Shown here: positions 8,917-18,045 of the stretch, in pieces | Layout of the letters: every line of letters starts with the position of its first letter | Position numbering within the stretch: position 1 is the stretch's first letter | Virus record (IMG/VR): IMGVR_UViG_3300033489_000136 | Coordinates: 1 to 42,188 of that record | Strand: one strand, 5' to 3' | From: a virus | Length of the DNA stretch: 42,188 nt | Notes under the pieces: model-generated | The model's database searches: none | The model's input: the letters and a program-made list of their open reading frames with translations, nothing else | What the model was told of the DNA's origin: nothing | Position numbers and translations under genes: made by a program

Positions 8917-8948
8917 GAGGGAGGGAAGAACTGAATCTTTCCTCCCTC
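8917..8948 (+). terminator. Strong stem-loop after the capsid genes (attenuator or processing site; no U-tract)
   Basis: GAGGGAGGGAAGA / TCTTTCCTCCCTC form a 13-bp stem (one G-U pair) with a 6-nt loop. Confidence 0.45.
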
Positions 8949-8963
8949 AACTAGGAGGCTATA

Positions 8964-9281
8964 ATGGACTTACAAAGATTAGCAGGTCAAGTCCTGAGCG
9001 TTGTAGTATCAGATACGCCTCCCGATGGAGATATGCCAGCAGGCTGGCTATGGGAAGGACTCCACTGGTTTAACACAGCAGATGGGAAGTGGCGCAAGTG
9101 GGATGGGTCTTCCTGGTACACAGTCCATAGTCCGTTTAACAATATTAACTTAACAGGAACCATTACTACTGATGATGATGCAGGAGTTAGTGGTGAGTTC
9201 AACTCTGATAATCAGCGCATTAAAAAGATGAAAGTAAAGAACGGTATTATCATCGAGCTTGAAGTTGAAGATTTAGATTAA
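8964..9281 (+). CDS. Virion structural protein, unknown function
   Basis: 105 aa ORF, RBS TAGGAGG, in the late operon. Confidence 0.5.
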   Translation: MDLQRLAGQVLSVVVSDTPPDGDMPAGWLWEGLHWFNTADGKWRKWDGSSWYTVHSPFNNINLTGTITTDDDAGVSGEFNSDNQRIKKMKVKNGIIIELEVEDLD

Positions 9282-9296
9282 ATGAGGAGGGCTATC

Positions 9297-9473
9297 ATGC
9301 CTTTGGCGGTTGAAAACTTAACCCCAGATTCTACTGACCAGCAGATTCAGGATGCTATCTCCGCAACCATTAAGAAGCTAATGGAGGAAGGTAAGGAGCA
9401 AAAAGAAGCTGCGGGTCAGGCATATGGAATGGCTAGAGAAGCCACTGGTAAAGAATTAAACTACGGTAAGTAG
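9297..9473 (+). CDS. Small virion-module protein
   Basis: ATG 9297 with GAGGAGGG 6 nt upstream. It is in frame with track ORF 9282..9473. Confidence 0.5.
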   Translation: MPLAVENLTPDSTDQQIQDAISATIKKLMEEGKEQKEAAGQAYGMAREATGKELNYGK

Positions 9474-9486
9474 GAGGTAACATAAA

Positions 9487-9858
9487 ATGAAAGGTGCATG
9501 GAAAACTGCATTAGTAGATATTGACCGAGCAGTGGAGTTCAGTGGAGATGATGTAGACCGATTCTCCAAGCTCGTTGACTTGGGAAAGGGATTCAAGGAT
9601 GTGCTGGTATTGATTCCAGCACTGAACGCCTCAGCAGTTGTATCCGTCTATGTTCAGAAAGGTTCAGGAGTTGATGAGGTTCCTGTAGCACTTGCAATTC
9701 TGGATGATGATGCTACTGGTCACTTTGCTCATGCCACTACCTCTGGTGCAGGCAGCATTGCAATTATCTTCCATATCGGAGGTGCAGAGTTTATCCGTAT
9801 CTACTGCGGTGCAGACCAGGTGGCAGACCGTTCCTTCAGCGTTATGGGTTCTGATTAA
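9487..9858 (+). CDS. Virion structural protein (head-tail connector region)
   Basis: 123 aa ORF, RBS TAGGAGG, tightly packed in the late operon. Confidence 0.5.
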   Translation: MKGAWKTALVDIDRAVEFSGDDVDRFSKLVDLGKGFKDVLVLIPALNASAVVSVYVQKGSGVDEVPVALAILDDDATGHFAHATTSGAGSIAIIFHIGGAEFIRIYCGADQVADRSFSVMGSD

Positions 9859-9868
9859 GGAGACTTTT

Positions 9869-10117
9869 ATGGGCTGGAATGAGTTGGTGCTAGTACCTCG
9901 TATTGATGCTATTTTCAGAAAACAGAAGAAGCGGTACAAGGTTCAGTGGGTAGCATCTACATATCCGCAGATACGAATCCAGTATGAGGAATCTATTCCA
10001 CTTGCTGCTGCTCAGGAGATAATATCTTTGTTTCCTGATTCAGTATATGTTGAGTTGATTCCTCATATTCAGTTTGCCGAAGATGCAAAGAATCTTCCAG
10101 TGGAGTTCAGGAAGTAA
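9869..10117 (+). CDS. Virion-module protein
   Basis: ATG 9869 after TAAGGAG. It is in frame with track ORF 9692..10117, whose upstream part overlaps the previous gene. Confidence 0.5.
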   Translation: MGWNELVLVPRIDAIFRKQKKRYKVQWVASTYPQIRIQYEESIPLAAAQEIISLFPDSVYVELIPHIQFAEDAKNLPVEFRK

Positions 10118-10119
10118 AT

Positions 10120-10332
10120 ATGACTGCCAGAAGCGATATAATAACTGTTGTGCGAGAAGGGCAGATGATAGCTACTGGACTTGCCGATGGTAGTATTATT
10201 AAGAGGACAGTAGCAGGTGAAGATATGATTTCATCTCTAGCCTTTAATGATGGAACTGTATGGAAGAAAGTCGAAGCTATTTACTTTGACCCTATTACTA
10301 ATATCTTGAAGGTAGTTTATCATGCTGATTAA
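10120..10332 (+). CDS. Virion-module protein
   Basis: 70 aa ORF abutting its neighbours. Confidence 0.45.
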   Translation: MTARSDIITVVREGQMIATGLADGSIIKRTVAGEDMISSLAFNDGTVWKKVEAIYFDPITNILKVVYHAD

Positions 10333-11341
10333 GTTTAATCCAACAGGTACTCAAATAGTTAAAGGCAGACTTGTGGTTAGGCTTGACTTCTATCCTAGTG
10401 TTAATGATAAAGCCTATAGGTATCATTACGTCTCTGTACCTGTTATTCCACCAGAAGGATACTTAGGTAAGGTTGATAACAGGGGCAATCCGCTTGACGA
10501 TAATACTTTCAATGCGTGGTTAGAATCTCTGCCTCATGTATGGAGACTAAACCCTTGTCTTTGTCATTTTATAAATGTTGATGAGGGTATAAAACTTCAG
10601 AAGTTGAGAGACTTTATAACACAGACATTTGATAAGAACATCTTAGCTAATATAAGTGATGCCGTTATACTTTCTAATTCTGCTCATCTTTTGCATTTTA
10701 TGAAAGCTAAGTCTGTTCAGTCAAGTAGAAAGATAATAACTAAAGATATTGTTGACTTACTTGGTTCGGTAAATAATGAACTTAAAAGTACGAATATTGT
10801 CCTTGACAGTAATGGAGAGTCTAATGTTCTGGAACCTCTATCTATAGATATAGGATTACCAGCCATTGATAGAGCTAGTGTTCTTTCTCCAAACTACACG
10901 GATATTCAGAATGACAATCCTGCATATGCCACTGGCTATTTAGACACTATTGAGGTGTGGTTTTATGCAGATGCAACTGCTGTTAAAGCGGGAACATTCT
11001 ATGGAAGTGGAGTAACGTGGACGAATAGAGACTATCATCTTCTCGGTAGTGTTGTAGGGGGCTCAAAGCAAACCTTCTCATCTCTAAGTATTGAAGTAAC
11101 TCTAGGGGACTTAATAGGAGAATATCGTGAAACAGGGGGCATTGAAACAGCAGGAGCAGGTGGAGGCTTTGGAGGAACTATAGAGAAGGCTGGAGACCAG
11201 TTCGGTGCGGGTGTTCAGACCTATACTTTATATACTGGATACGGTGCTAGTATATATGGGACTGGCTCAGAAATTTCAGCAGGTTATTTTCCTGTTATTG
11301 GAGGTAGTCATATAATATATACTGTTGGGGGTGATGAGTGA
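10322..11341 (+). CDS. Tail/structural protein with Gly-rich C-terminus
   Basis: 339 aa with an 11-nt overlap on the upstream gene. C-terminal part GGIETAGAGGGFGGT...GYGASIYGTGSE. Confidence 0.5.
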   Translation: MLIKFNPTGTQIVKGRLVVRLDFYPSVNDKAYRYHYVSVPVIPPEGYLGKVDNRGNPLDDNTFNAWLESLPHVWRLNPCLCHFINVDEGIKLQKLRDFITQTFDKNILANISDAVILSNSAHLLHFMKAKSVQSSRKIITKDIVDLLGSVNNELKSTNIVLDSNGESNVLEPLSIDIGLPAIDRASVLSPNYTDIQNDNPAYATGYLDTIEVWFYADATAVKAGTFYGSGVTWTNRDYHLLGSVVGGSKQTFSSLSIEVTLGDLIGEYRETGGIETAGAGGGFGGTIEKAGDQFGAGVQTYTLYTGYGASIYGTGSEISAGYFPVIGGSHIIYTVGGDE

Positions 11342-12384
11342 GAAAACTGGGCGATACTATTATTTTTGACTTCACTACTCATATTGCCTCTACAGGTCAG
11401 GTTTCTGACGCAGACGACACGCCTACCTGTGAGGTATTTGAGGATGATAACGATACTCCAATATTGACTCCGACTGTTACTAAAAGAACATCTAAGACTG
11501 GTAACTATAGAGTTCCAATAGCAGCTACTTCGGGCAATGGTTTTGAAGTCGGTAAAAGCTACAATGTTATAGTAACAGTTGTTATGGGAGAAGTAACTGC
11601 TAAGGCTCAGATAGCCTGCTTCTCGCTTGAGTCTAAGCGCATGAGTGACCTAAATGACTTAGCTGCCTCCTCGATTATATCAGATGCTACTCCTTTTGCT
11701 GGAGGAAGTATTGCTACCATAAAGACTTCTACCGATAAGATTGGAGCCTCAGTAGCACTTGAAAGTGGAGGAAATGTGGCTGCTATCAAAGCCAAGACCG
11801 ACTTGATTCCAGCGGATATTACTACGCAACTTGATACTAACATTCCTGCTATTAAGGCAAAGACTGACTTAACGGCTCTCGATTCTACAGTTGCTAAGGA
11901 TAGCACTGTTGCGAAAGACGCCACAGTGTCGAAGTCGGCTGGAGCAAAAGGAACTGATGCTATATACGATGAGACAATTACTCATCCAACTCTTATGGAG
12001 ATAGAAGCATCAACAGTTATAGCTAAAGAAGCAACCCTGTCTGGAAAGGCAGATGAGGACAGTGGGCGTCTTGAAGCTATAGATACTCGATTGCCTACTG
12101 ACCCAGCAGATGAATCTCTTTTGGAAGCTGCCATAGCAGCTATACCTACAGGTACTGCTCCTACTGCTGAGGAAAATGCAGATGCTGTGTGGGATGAACT
12201 GAAAGCAGGTCATGTTACTGCCAACACAATGGGTAAGTTACTACAGGATATCTACACTGCATTAGGGTCTCTGTCTATAGACCTTGGCGGAGTATGGGAT
12301 GTGCAGTTAGCTTTACATACTGCTACTGGAACATTTGGAGCAAAGATAAATAATCTTGGTCAGATTGTATTTGAGGCAAGTTAG
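11338..12384 (+). CDS. Tail fibre-like protein
   Basis: 348 aa with a GTG start overlapping the previous stop. Internal repeats are AIKAKTDLIPAD / AIKAKTDLTALD and STVAKD-STVAKD-ATVSKS. The central rod is Ala/Thr-rich. Confidence 0.55.
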   Translation: MRKLGDTIIFDFTTHIASTGQVSDADDTPTCEVFEDDNDTPILTPTVTKRTSKTGNYRVPIAATSGNGFEVGKSYNVIVTVVMGEVTAKAQIACFSLESKRMSDLNDLAASSIISDATPFAGGSIATIKTSTDKIGASVALESGGNVAAIKAKTDLIPADITTQLDTNIPAIKAKTDLTALDSTVAKDSTVAKDATVSKSAGAKGTDAIYDETITHPTLMEIEASTVIAKEATLSGKADEDSGRLEAIDTRLPTDPADESLLEAAIAAIPTGTAPTAEENADAVWDELKAGHVTANTMGKLLQDIYTALGSLSIDLGGVWDVQLALHTATGTFGAKINNLGQIVFEAS

Positions 12385-13434
12385 ATGAGAACAGGATTAT
12401 CTGCCACTCTTGAGGCTGCTCAGGTTGCTGCATCTAGACAGCCATATCTCTACTTGCTATTTACTAGCTATGACGAAGGAACTACCTACAACCTATCCTC
12501 TAACGGTAGCTATGGCAATAGGATTCTCCTTATTGACCACTCTGAGGAGCCTTACAACGAGTATGCCTATATTATGCTTCGGGACTATGACCGAGCATTA
12601 CCGACTGACCTAACTGGCTACTGGGTAGAAATCGGCTATGGAGATGTAACTGGAGTAGGTGATGAATATGCTCAGACTGCTCGTCTCTGGGTTAAGCATC
12701 AGCAGGTTGTATCCGCAGCAGGCAAACTTATTATTATCCTTGAACTTGAGGGTATGTGGGCAAAGTTGAAGGAGACTAAGATGATGCTCGGCACTGCTCC
12801 ATACTTCAACGCAACCTACACCACTGAGACTCCTTATGACCTTATTACTCTGTTCCTTTCCGAGGCTGACCCTGCTGTGACTCTAGCAGCACTAGGAGGG
12901 CAGGATGATGGTATCATAGATACTTATATCCCTGAGTTCTCAGTCAATGAAGTTGAATACTTTGAGGATGCAGCCTCACTAATCTATGAAGCTATTAAGA
13001 TGACCAAGTGCTTCCTTCGACCTAAGACTGGTCTGGAGTTTGAAGTCCGCTATCCGTTGGAGTCCAATGCTGTTGACCTGACTATCTACTCTGAGGGTAC
13101 TGGTGTTCAGAAGTTCTATGAATATGCAGATAGGAAGAATCTTGTTATTCCAAATCACATCTACTGCGTAGCTAATCAAGGGGCAGATGGTCTCTGGACT
13201 GACAAGATTATAGCTGAGGCAGTAAGTCAGGATTCAATAGATGCGTATGGCGACACACCTGATATTGTTCTTGCTCCTGAACTGGACAATGCTACTGATG
13301 CTGAGAATCGGGCAGAAGTTGTTCTTGCTAGGATGGGTGATGAAGAACCTGCGGGTACACTAACTATACCTCATGACTGCCGAATAGAACTGTATGATTA
13401 TATATTAGTTGGAGACTCTAGAGGTTTTGTATAA
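12385..13434 (+). CDS. Tail structural protein
   Basis: 349 aa ORF starting directly after the previous stop. Confidence 0.5.
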   Translation: MRTGLSATLEAAQVAASRQPYLYLLFTSYDEGTTYNLSSNGSYGNRILLIDHSEEPYNEYAYIMLRDYDRALPTDLTGYWVEIGYGDVTGVGDEYAQTARLWVKHQQVVSAAGKLIIILELEGMWAKLKETKMMLGTAPYFNATYTTETPYDLITLFLSEADPAVTLAALGGQDDGIIDTYIPEFSVNEVEYFEDAASLIYEAIKMTKCFLRPKTGLEFEVRYPLESNAVDLTIYSEGTGVQKFYEYADRKNLVIPNHIYCVANQGADGLWTDKIIAEAVSQDSIDAYGDTPDIVLAPELDNATDAENRAEVVLARMGDEEPAGTLTIPHDCRIELYDYILVGDSRGFV

Positions 13435-14639
13435 TGCCTACAAGATTTGCATATAAAAGGGTATTTAGTACTTCTGGAACTATAGTAGATGTAGTAGATG
13501 GAGTATGGCTTGCCCAGTCTATATCTTCTCCTGGCTACGCAGCTTCAGGGCTTCAAGTATATTTATATTTTAATTACTTTGAGGCACCTGAAACTCCTCC
13601 TCCTGCGTCAATACCTTCTCAGCTTTGTACTGTAAGCATTAGGGCAGCAGATGAGAATAATCTTCCGATTGGAGATGACTTAGCATCTACTATATTTAAC
13701 TTGTCAAGTGCTGTACTTTATGCTCAGTACCAAGGTCCTCCTTACTATCCTGCTATTTATAAGGTTGTAGTTAGCATATCTAATATAGAACTAGTAATGT
13801 CTACCGACTATGTATTATGCGTTAGACCTAACTCTCAACCTGAATTTAGTTGGATTTATCATACTATTCGATTCTCTAATAGTACGTGGACTATTCCGCC
13901 TGACCCAGAAAAGGACGAAGGCTTAAGTAATGTAGGAGTAGCTTCACGCTCTACTGATGGCGGAGTTACTTGGAGTGCCCAGGCTCAAAATTCCTATGGA
14001 ATAAATATTGAAGTTCTTGGGAATCTATTTTTAGGTAGTTACTCTAGACATTTTGTAAATGGTATTCGCCATGTCTATCGTCCTGGCAGCTACCGTGAAG
14101 AACTTGTCTTTGGTGGAATGACTGATGATGTCAAGACTGAAACAGCTAAACTGACCATTAAGACTACAAAGGAAACTGGGGAGGAAACTGTACAGGAAGT
14201 TACTGCCCCTACTAAGGTTGTTGATGAGATGCAACAAGTGCTAGAGAATGAACTAGGTGCAGTTGTTGACCGCATCAAGACTGATAAAGCCTTTCTTCAG
14301 TATGGCTTCACTACCACTGATGTTATGAAGTGGATTAAACAAGGGTTTACTCCTCAGCAGATTCTTAAGATGATGCAATCATACAAAGGTGCTAAGGTAG
14401 AATTGACCAAGACTGAGCCTGCATTGAAGAAGATTGGTCTCACTACTGGGCAGACTATGGACTTGCTCAAGCAACAGAAGTTACAGCCTAAGGATATTAT
14501 CCAAGGTACTGATGCAGCAGTAAAGCGGGCTAAGGCTTTTAACAAGTATGGCTACTCTGAGGCTGAAGTCCGAGCATTTATTAAGAAGGGCTGGCAACCT
14601 GGTCAGATAGTAAAGTACATGATGGAGCACCCGAAATGA
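13434..14639 (+). CDS. Tail structural protein with three C-terminal repeats of about 30 aa
   Basis: 401 aa with an ATG overlapping the previous stop (TAATG). The repeats are KAFLQYGFTTTDVMKWIKQGFTPQQILKMM, PALKKIGLTTGQTMDLLKQQKLQPKDIIQG and KAFNKYGYSEAEVRAFIKKGWQPGQIVKYM. Confidence 0.5.
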   Translation: MPTRFAYKRVFSTSGTIVDVVDGVWLAQSISSPGYAASGLQVYLYFNYFEAPETPPPASIPSQLCTVSIRAADENNLPIGDDLASTIFNLSSAVLYAQYQGPPYYPAIYKVVVSISNIELVMSTDYVLCVRPNSQPEFSWIYHTIRFSNSTWTIPPDPEKDEGLSNVGVASRSTDGGVTWSAQAQNSYGINIEVLGNLFLGSYSRHFVNGIRHVYRPGSYREELVFGGMTDDVKTETAKLTIKTTKETGEETVQEVTAPTKVVDEMQQVLENELGAVVDRIKTDKAFLQYGFTTTDVMKWIKQGFTPQQILKMMQSYKGAKVELTKTEPALKKIGLTTGQTMDLLKQQKLQPKDIIQGTDAAVKRAKAFNKYGYSEAEVRAFIKKGWQPGQIVKYMMEHPK

Positions 14640-14893
14640 AAGATAAGCAAGGCATCCCGCAACGTCCAGGACTTGAGGGCAATAAGTTCTCTAATCTAGA
14701 GAGGCGGAGAATTCTGTACATACCTAATGGCTATATATCTATCCGTATGGTAGACTCTTCCGTCATGGCTAATAATGATGGGACTGAAGATGGAAGATAC
14801 GGCATCGGTCAGTATGGCAGATGTATCTATGCGGACGTAGGACCTAAAGGAATCTATGGTGCTGACTACTACGGAGCAGCACTTTACTGGTAA
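14636..14893 (+). CDS. Small Gly/Tyr-rich structural protein
   Basis: 85 aa with an ATGA overlap on the upstream gene. Confidence 0.45.
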   Translation: MKDKQGIPQRPGLEGNKFSNLERRRILYIPNGYISIRMVDSSVMANNDGTEDGRYGIGQYGRCIYADVGPKGIYGADYYGAALYW

Positions 14894-14905
14894 GGAGGAA
14901 ACAAA

Positions 14906-15451
14906 ATGGGAACAGGAAGTTCGGTTTCAACTGGTGATGCGATTACCGCAGCCAAGATGAACTTGAAACTGGAGTCAGTGGCTCCTGGCGAGGTTGATGC
15001 AGGACACGCACATTCTATAACTTTTCATGTCAATGCCTTTCAGTATCCTGCACCTGGAACTGATTGGACTCCTAAGCTGGAAGGAGCAGGTCTGGCTCAG
15101 AGCTTGTCTGCTAAGAAGGTGTGGCTGCCACTAAACTTCCTCAAGGTAGGTGATGTAATAACTGTCTATAGCCTTCTGGGGGATGCTATCGAGGCTGCTG
15201 CGCTGACACTAGACTGCAAACTTGTCCGTGTCAATAAGGCAGACCCACTGACTACAACTGACATCACTAACGGTGCTATTACTCAGATAACTGCTGATGG
15301 AGTCTTCGACTCTGCTGCCAATCCTGACAACGAGACAGTGGCTACTGATAAGCAGTATTTGCTGGAAATTCTTGGCACAACTGGTGCAGGTGATAGCATC
15401 ACTGTCATGGGTGCAGAAGTCACTATTACCAGAATATTAAAATCTGCCTAA
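14906..15451 (+). CDS. Structural protein (fibre/decoration-like)
   Basis: 181 aa, RBS AAGGAGG. Confidence 0.5.
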   Translation: MGTGSSVSTGDAITAAKMNLKLESVAPGEVDAGHAHSITFHVNAFQYPAPGTDWTPKLEGAGLAQSLSAKKVWLPLNFLKVGDVITVYSLLGDAIEAAALTLDCKLVRVNKADPLTTTDITNGAITQITADGVFDSAANPDNETVATDKQYLLEILGTTGAGDSITVMGAEVTITRILKSA

Positions 15452-15461
15452 GGAGGTAACT

Positions 15462-17261
15462 ATGAAAGACAGAACAGTAATGAGAGCAGATTTACGGACT
15501 GACCTGAAGGACTCAGGCTCACTCTGGTCAGATGCAGAACTTAATCGCTGTGTGGAGAGAGCAGTGGCAGACCTTAGCCGTTATCTTCCTCGTGAGCGTC
15601 AGTATGAGGAGGTCCTTGAGTTTGATGTGACAGGCGAGTCACTAACCTTTCCAAAGACTACATCTGCTATCTACATAGTTAATGCGGGTACCTTTAACGG
15701 CAAGACTGCTGGAAGTACCTTTAATATTGCTGCTCAACCTGATGTGCCTAGAGTGATTACTCTATTGATTACTGATGTAGATAACTCTATCACTGACTGG
15801 CATATCAGGATTCATGGGACTGATGAGGAGAGCCTTGGCTGTACTGAGGACTTCTACTTCAGCCGAGGCAAGACTCAGACTGGTGAGCAGATATTCAAGC
15901 GAATTGATAAGGTGGAGTTGGTGGAGAACTTCACTGGTTCGGCTGCTGCTGGTGATACTCTATCTCTCGGCATCGGGGCATACACGACTGTCTGGGTGTC
16001 ACTAGCCTATAAGCCTATTAAGCAGGGGTCGGAAGCAGTGACTGAAGCAGGTGGAACTGCATCTGCTCGCAACACTGACTACGAAATTGACTACGTGAAG
16101 GGAAGAGTAAGAGCTATGTCTGGCGGAGACATAGCAGCAGAGGAAGTCTGCACTGTTACTTACAAGAAAGACCAGACTCAGATAGACCTAACGGCTCTGG
16201 ATGACTTTATCCGAGTCTATAGAGTAGAGTATCCCGTAGGCAGCATCCCGCAGAACTTCTGCCAGTATGAACTCTACGGCAGATATCTTGCAATTACTGG
16301 GCAGGGCGAGTCTGAAGGGCAGATGAGCTTGTCTGAAGGCAAACAGGTTAGAGTCTACTACGATGCTAATCACCATCCTCCGACTGACTACGCTCCTGGT
16401 ACTATTCCAGAGTTCCTTGAGACTACCGTAGAAACTGCTGCTACTGCCTATGCTCTGCTCATCTACTCTCTCAAGCATGAGCATCAGGCTTTGACTGACA
16501 TAGCCACCGCCAGAGCAGCAATAGTCTTGGCAGACGCTATCCACTCCGTAATTACTACTGACCTTACGGCACTTGAGGGATACTTGACTTCTGGCTCAAC
16601 TGCTCTTGGTCTATGTGCTGCCCTTCATGCAGCCATCATAACTGCTCTTGATGCTGCCAATGCTTATCTGGACTTGGTAGCTACTGACCTAACCAACGCA
16701 GATGGTGTAGCTGATAACTACATTGGGAGTACTAACTATGTAGATGGTGGTACAGAGCCTGATATTAAAACTTACTTGGAATCTGGAGATGCTTTAATAA
16801 ACACTGTTACTGAGGGCGGAGAGAATGAGCGAACGCCAGAGATGTATGCTAGCTATGCGCAAGTAGCGAAAAATGCTCTGGTTGCTGCTTTTGAGCAGGA
16901 TAGAGCCTTCTACCAGCAGGACGCAACCGCCCGAACTAATGCAGCACTGGCGTATGTTCAGGAGGCTGCGCAGAGGGTATCTGATATCCAAGCGAAGATA
17001 GCCGAAGCATCTGGCTATAATGAACTGGCAGCAACAATAGTCAGGGAGGTTGAGGCTGAACTTGCTCAGATTGCCAGCTATCTGTCCTCCGCCGCCCACT
17101 CCATTGAAATATCTTCTCGTGACCTTGATATGGCTGATAAGTTCAGGACAGAGGCAGACATCAGGCTGACCGAAGTATACAGCATCTGGAGAGACAGGAA
17201 ACAGTATATCGGAGACTTTTCCGCATCCTCCATGAGACAAATACCTACAGGAGGTAGCTAA
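15462..17261 (+). CDS. Large tail/fibre-associated structural protein with Ala-rich coiled-coil C-terminal half
   Basis: 599 aa, RBS AAGGAGG. Confidence 0.5.
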   Translation: MKDRTVMRADLRTDLKDSGSLWSDAELNRCVERAVADLSRYLPRERQYEEVLEFDVTGESLTFPKTTSAIYIVNAGTFNGKTAGSTFNIAAQPDVPRVITLLITDVDNSITDWHIRIHGTDEESLGCTEDFYFSRGKTQTGEQIFKRIDKVELVENFTGSAAAGDTLSLGIGAYTTVWVSLAYKPIKQGSEAVTEAGGTASARNTDYEIDYVKGRVRAMSGGDIAAEEVCTVTYKKDQTQIDLTALDDFIRVYRVEYPVGSIPQNFCQYELYGRYLAITGQGESEGQMSLSEGKQVRVYYDANHHPPTDYAPGTIPEFLETTVETAATAYALLIYSLKHEHQALTDIATARAAIVLADAIHSVITTDLTALEGYLTSGSTALGLCAALHAAIITALDAANAYLDLVATDLTNADGVADNYIGSTNYVDGGTEPDIKTYLESGDALINTVTEGGENERTPEMYASYAQVAKNALVAAFEQDRAFYQQDATARTNAALAYVQEAAQRVSDIQAKIAEASGYNELAATIVREVEAELAQIASYLSSAAHSIEISSRDLDMADKFRTEADIRLTEVYSIWRDRKQYIGDFSASSMRQIPTGGS

Positions 17262-17563
17262 TGTTTAAGTGGGTAGAAAGTACTTACTACTGGTTCCTAT
17301 GGTTTATGGGGTTCTCGGACACGGACGGCAACTTCCAGACTCCAGCCGACAGAGAAATGATAACCTTTATGCTCAGAAGGATGAAGGAGCGTATGGGTCT
17401 GCTGTGGTGGATTCTGTCCTTAGGTACATTACTAGGAGTCTGGACTGCCTGTATCTTAGCATCTTGGTGGTTGGTGCTGCTGGAAGCCTTCCTGCTCTGG
17501 CTTTTTGTTCATGTTCTGTATCCGTATACTCCATCAGACAATATCTGGAAAGGTAAGAAATAG
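17261..17563 (+). CDS. Membrane protein, holin candidate
   Basis: 100 aa with a TAATG overlap on the previous gene. The Trp/Leu-rich hydrophobic stretch LLWWILSLGTLLGVWTACILASWWLVLLEAFLLWLFVHVL is long enough for two TM helices. It is the last gene of the late operon. The alternative frame 17269..17556 was rejected. Confidence 0.45.
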   Translation: MFKWVESTYYWFLWFMGFSDTDGNFQTPADREMITFMLRRMKERMGLLWWILSLGTLLGVWTACILASWWLVLLEAFLLWLFVHVLYPYTPSDNIWKGKK

Positions 17564-17588
17564 CCTGCTATTGGCAGGACCTCCTCTT

Positions 17589-17622
17589 GAGGGAGGGCTA
17601 GGAGTAATCTTAGCTCTCCCTC
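17589..17622. terminator. Long stem-loop between the convergent late and replication modules
   Basis: GAGGGAGGGCTAGG / CTTAGCTCTCCCTC form a 14-bp stem including two G-U pairs, with a 6-nt loop. It lies in the 164-nt gap between the convergent gene ends. Confidence 0.45.
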
Positions 17623-17626
17623 TCGA

Positions 17627-17663
17627 CTTGCTAAGCTCTCTGTTCAGGCGGCTAGCAAGTTTG
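17627..17663 (+). terminator. Second hairpin followed by TTT (possible plus-strand terminator)
   Basis: CTTGCTA (17627-17633) pairs with TAGCAAG (17653-17659) and is followed by TTTGG. The stem is short and the loop long. Confidence 0.3.
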
Positions 17664-17727
17664 GAGGTCTTGCCATTCTGTATCTGTCGGTTGCCTTTAG
17701 TGTTATGGTGGCGTCTGCGATGAGACA

Positions 17728-18042
17728 TCAATACCTTCTCTTGAATGTATGAAAGAAAATAATCCAGTTAGGCTGATAGCCTTTGTTTGGATGTATCTGC
17801 CTCCACTCAGCAATAAACTCCTCAGTTGTGTTGCAACCTTCCTCCTCGTAATGGAACGCAGCAACTTCACCTAGTCTCATCTTCTTTACTGAAGTAATCT
17901 CACAATATCCATCCTTTACCTGAAAGAAATCTCCTACATTACCGTACTGAGTAGGTCTGCTAGTGGCAGTCTTCTTTCCTGATAAACACATAACTGCATT
18001 GTTCGGGCGCATAGGGATATGGACTAATCTTGGCTGATTCAT
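17728..18042 (-). CDS. ASCH/PUA-like domain protein (putative)
   Basis: 104 aa. The pattern AVMCLSGKKTATSRP..GDFFQVKDG..CEITSVKKMRLGEV...EEFIAEWRQIHP resembles ASCH-domain proteins. Confidence 0.4.
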   Translation of the reverse strand: MNQPRLVHIPMRPNNAVMCLSGKKTATSRPTQYGNVGDFFQVKDGYCEITSVKKMRLGEVAAFHYEEEGCNTTEEFIAEWRQIHPNKGYQPNWIIFFHTFKRRY

Positions 18043-18045
18043 ACT

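Noticed and set aside
17269-17556. Alternative frame for the last late gene.
   Set aside because: The 17261..17563 frame starts with a TAATG stop/start overlap and encodes coherent hydrophobic helices. The alternative frame does neither.
17505-17731. ORFs 17505..17723(+) and 17534..17731(-) in the gap between the convergent modules.
   Set aside because: The region is dominated by long hairpins consistent with terminators. The ORFs have no RBS and implausible Arg/Leu/Ser-rich products.
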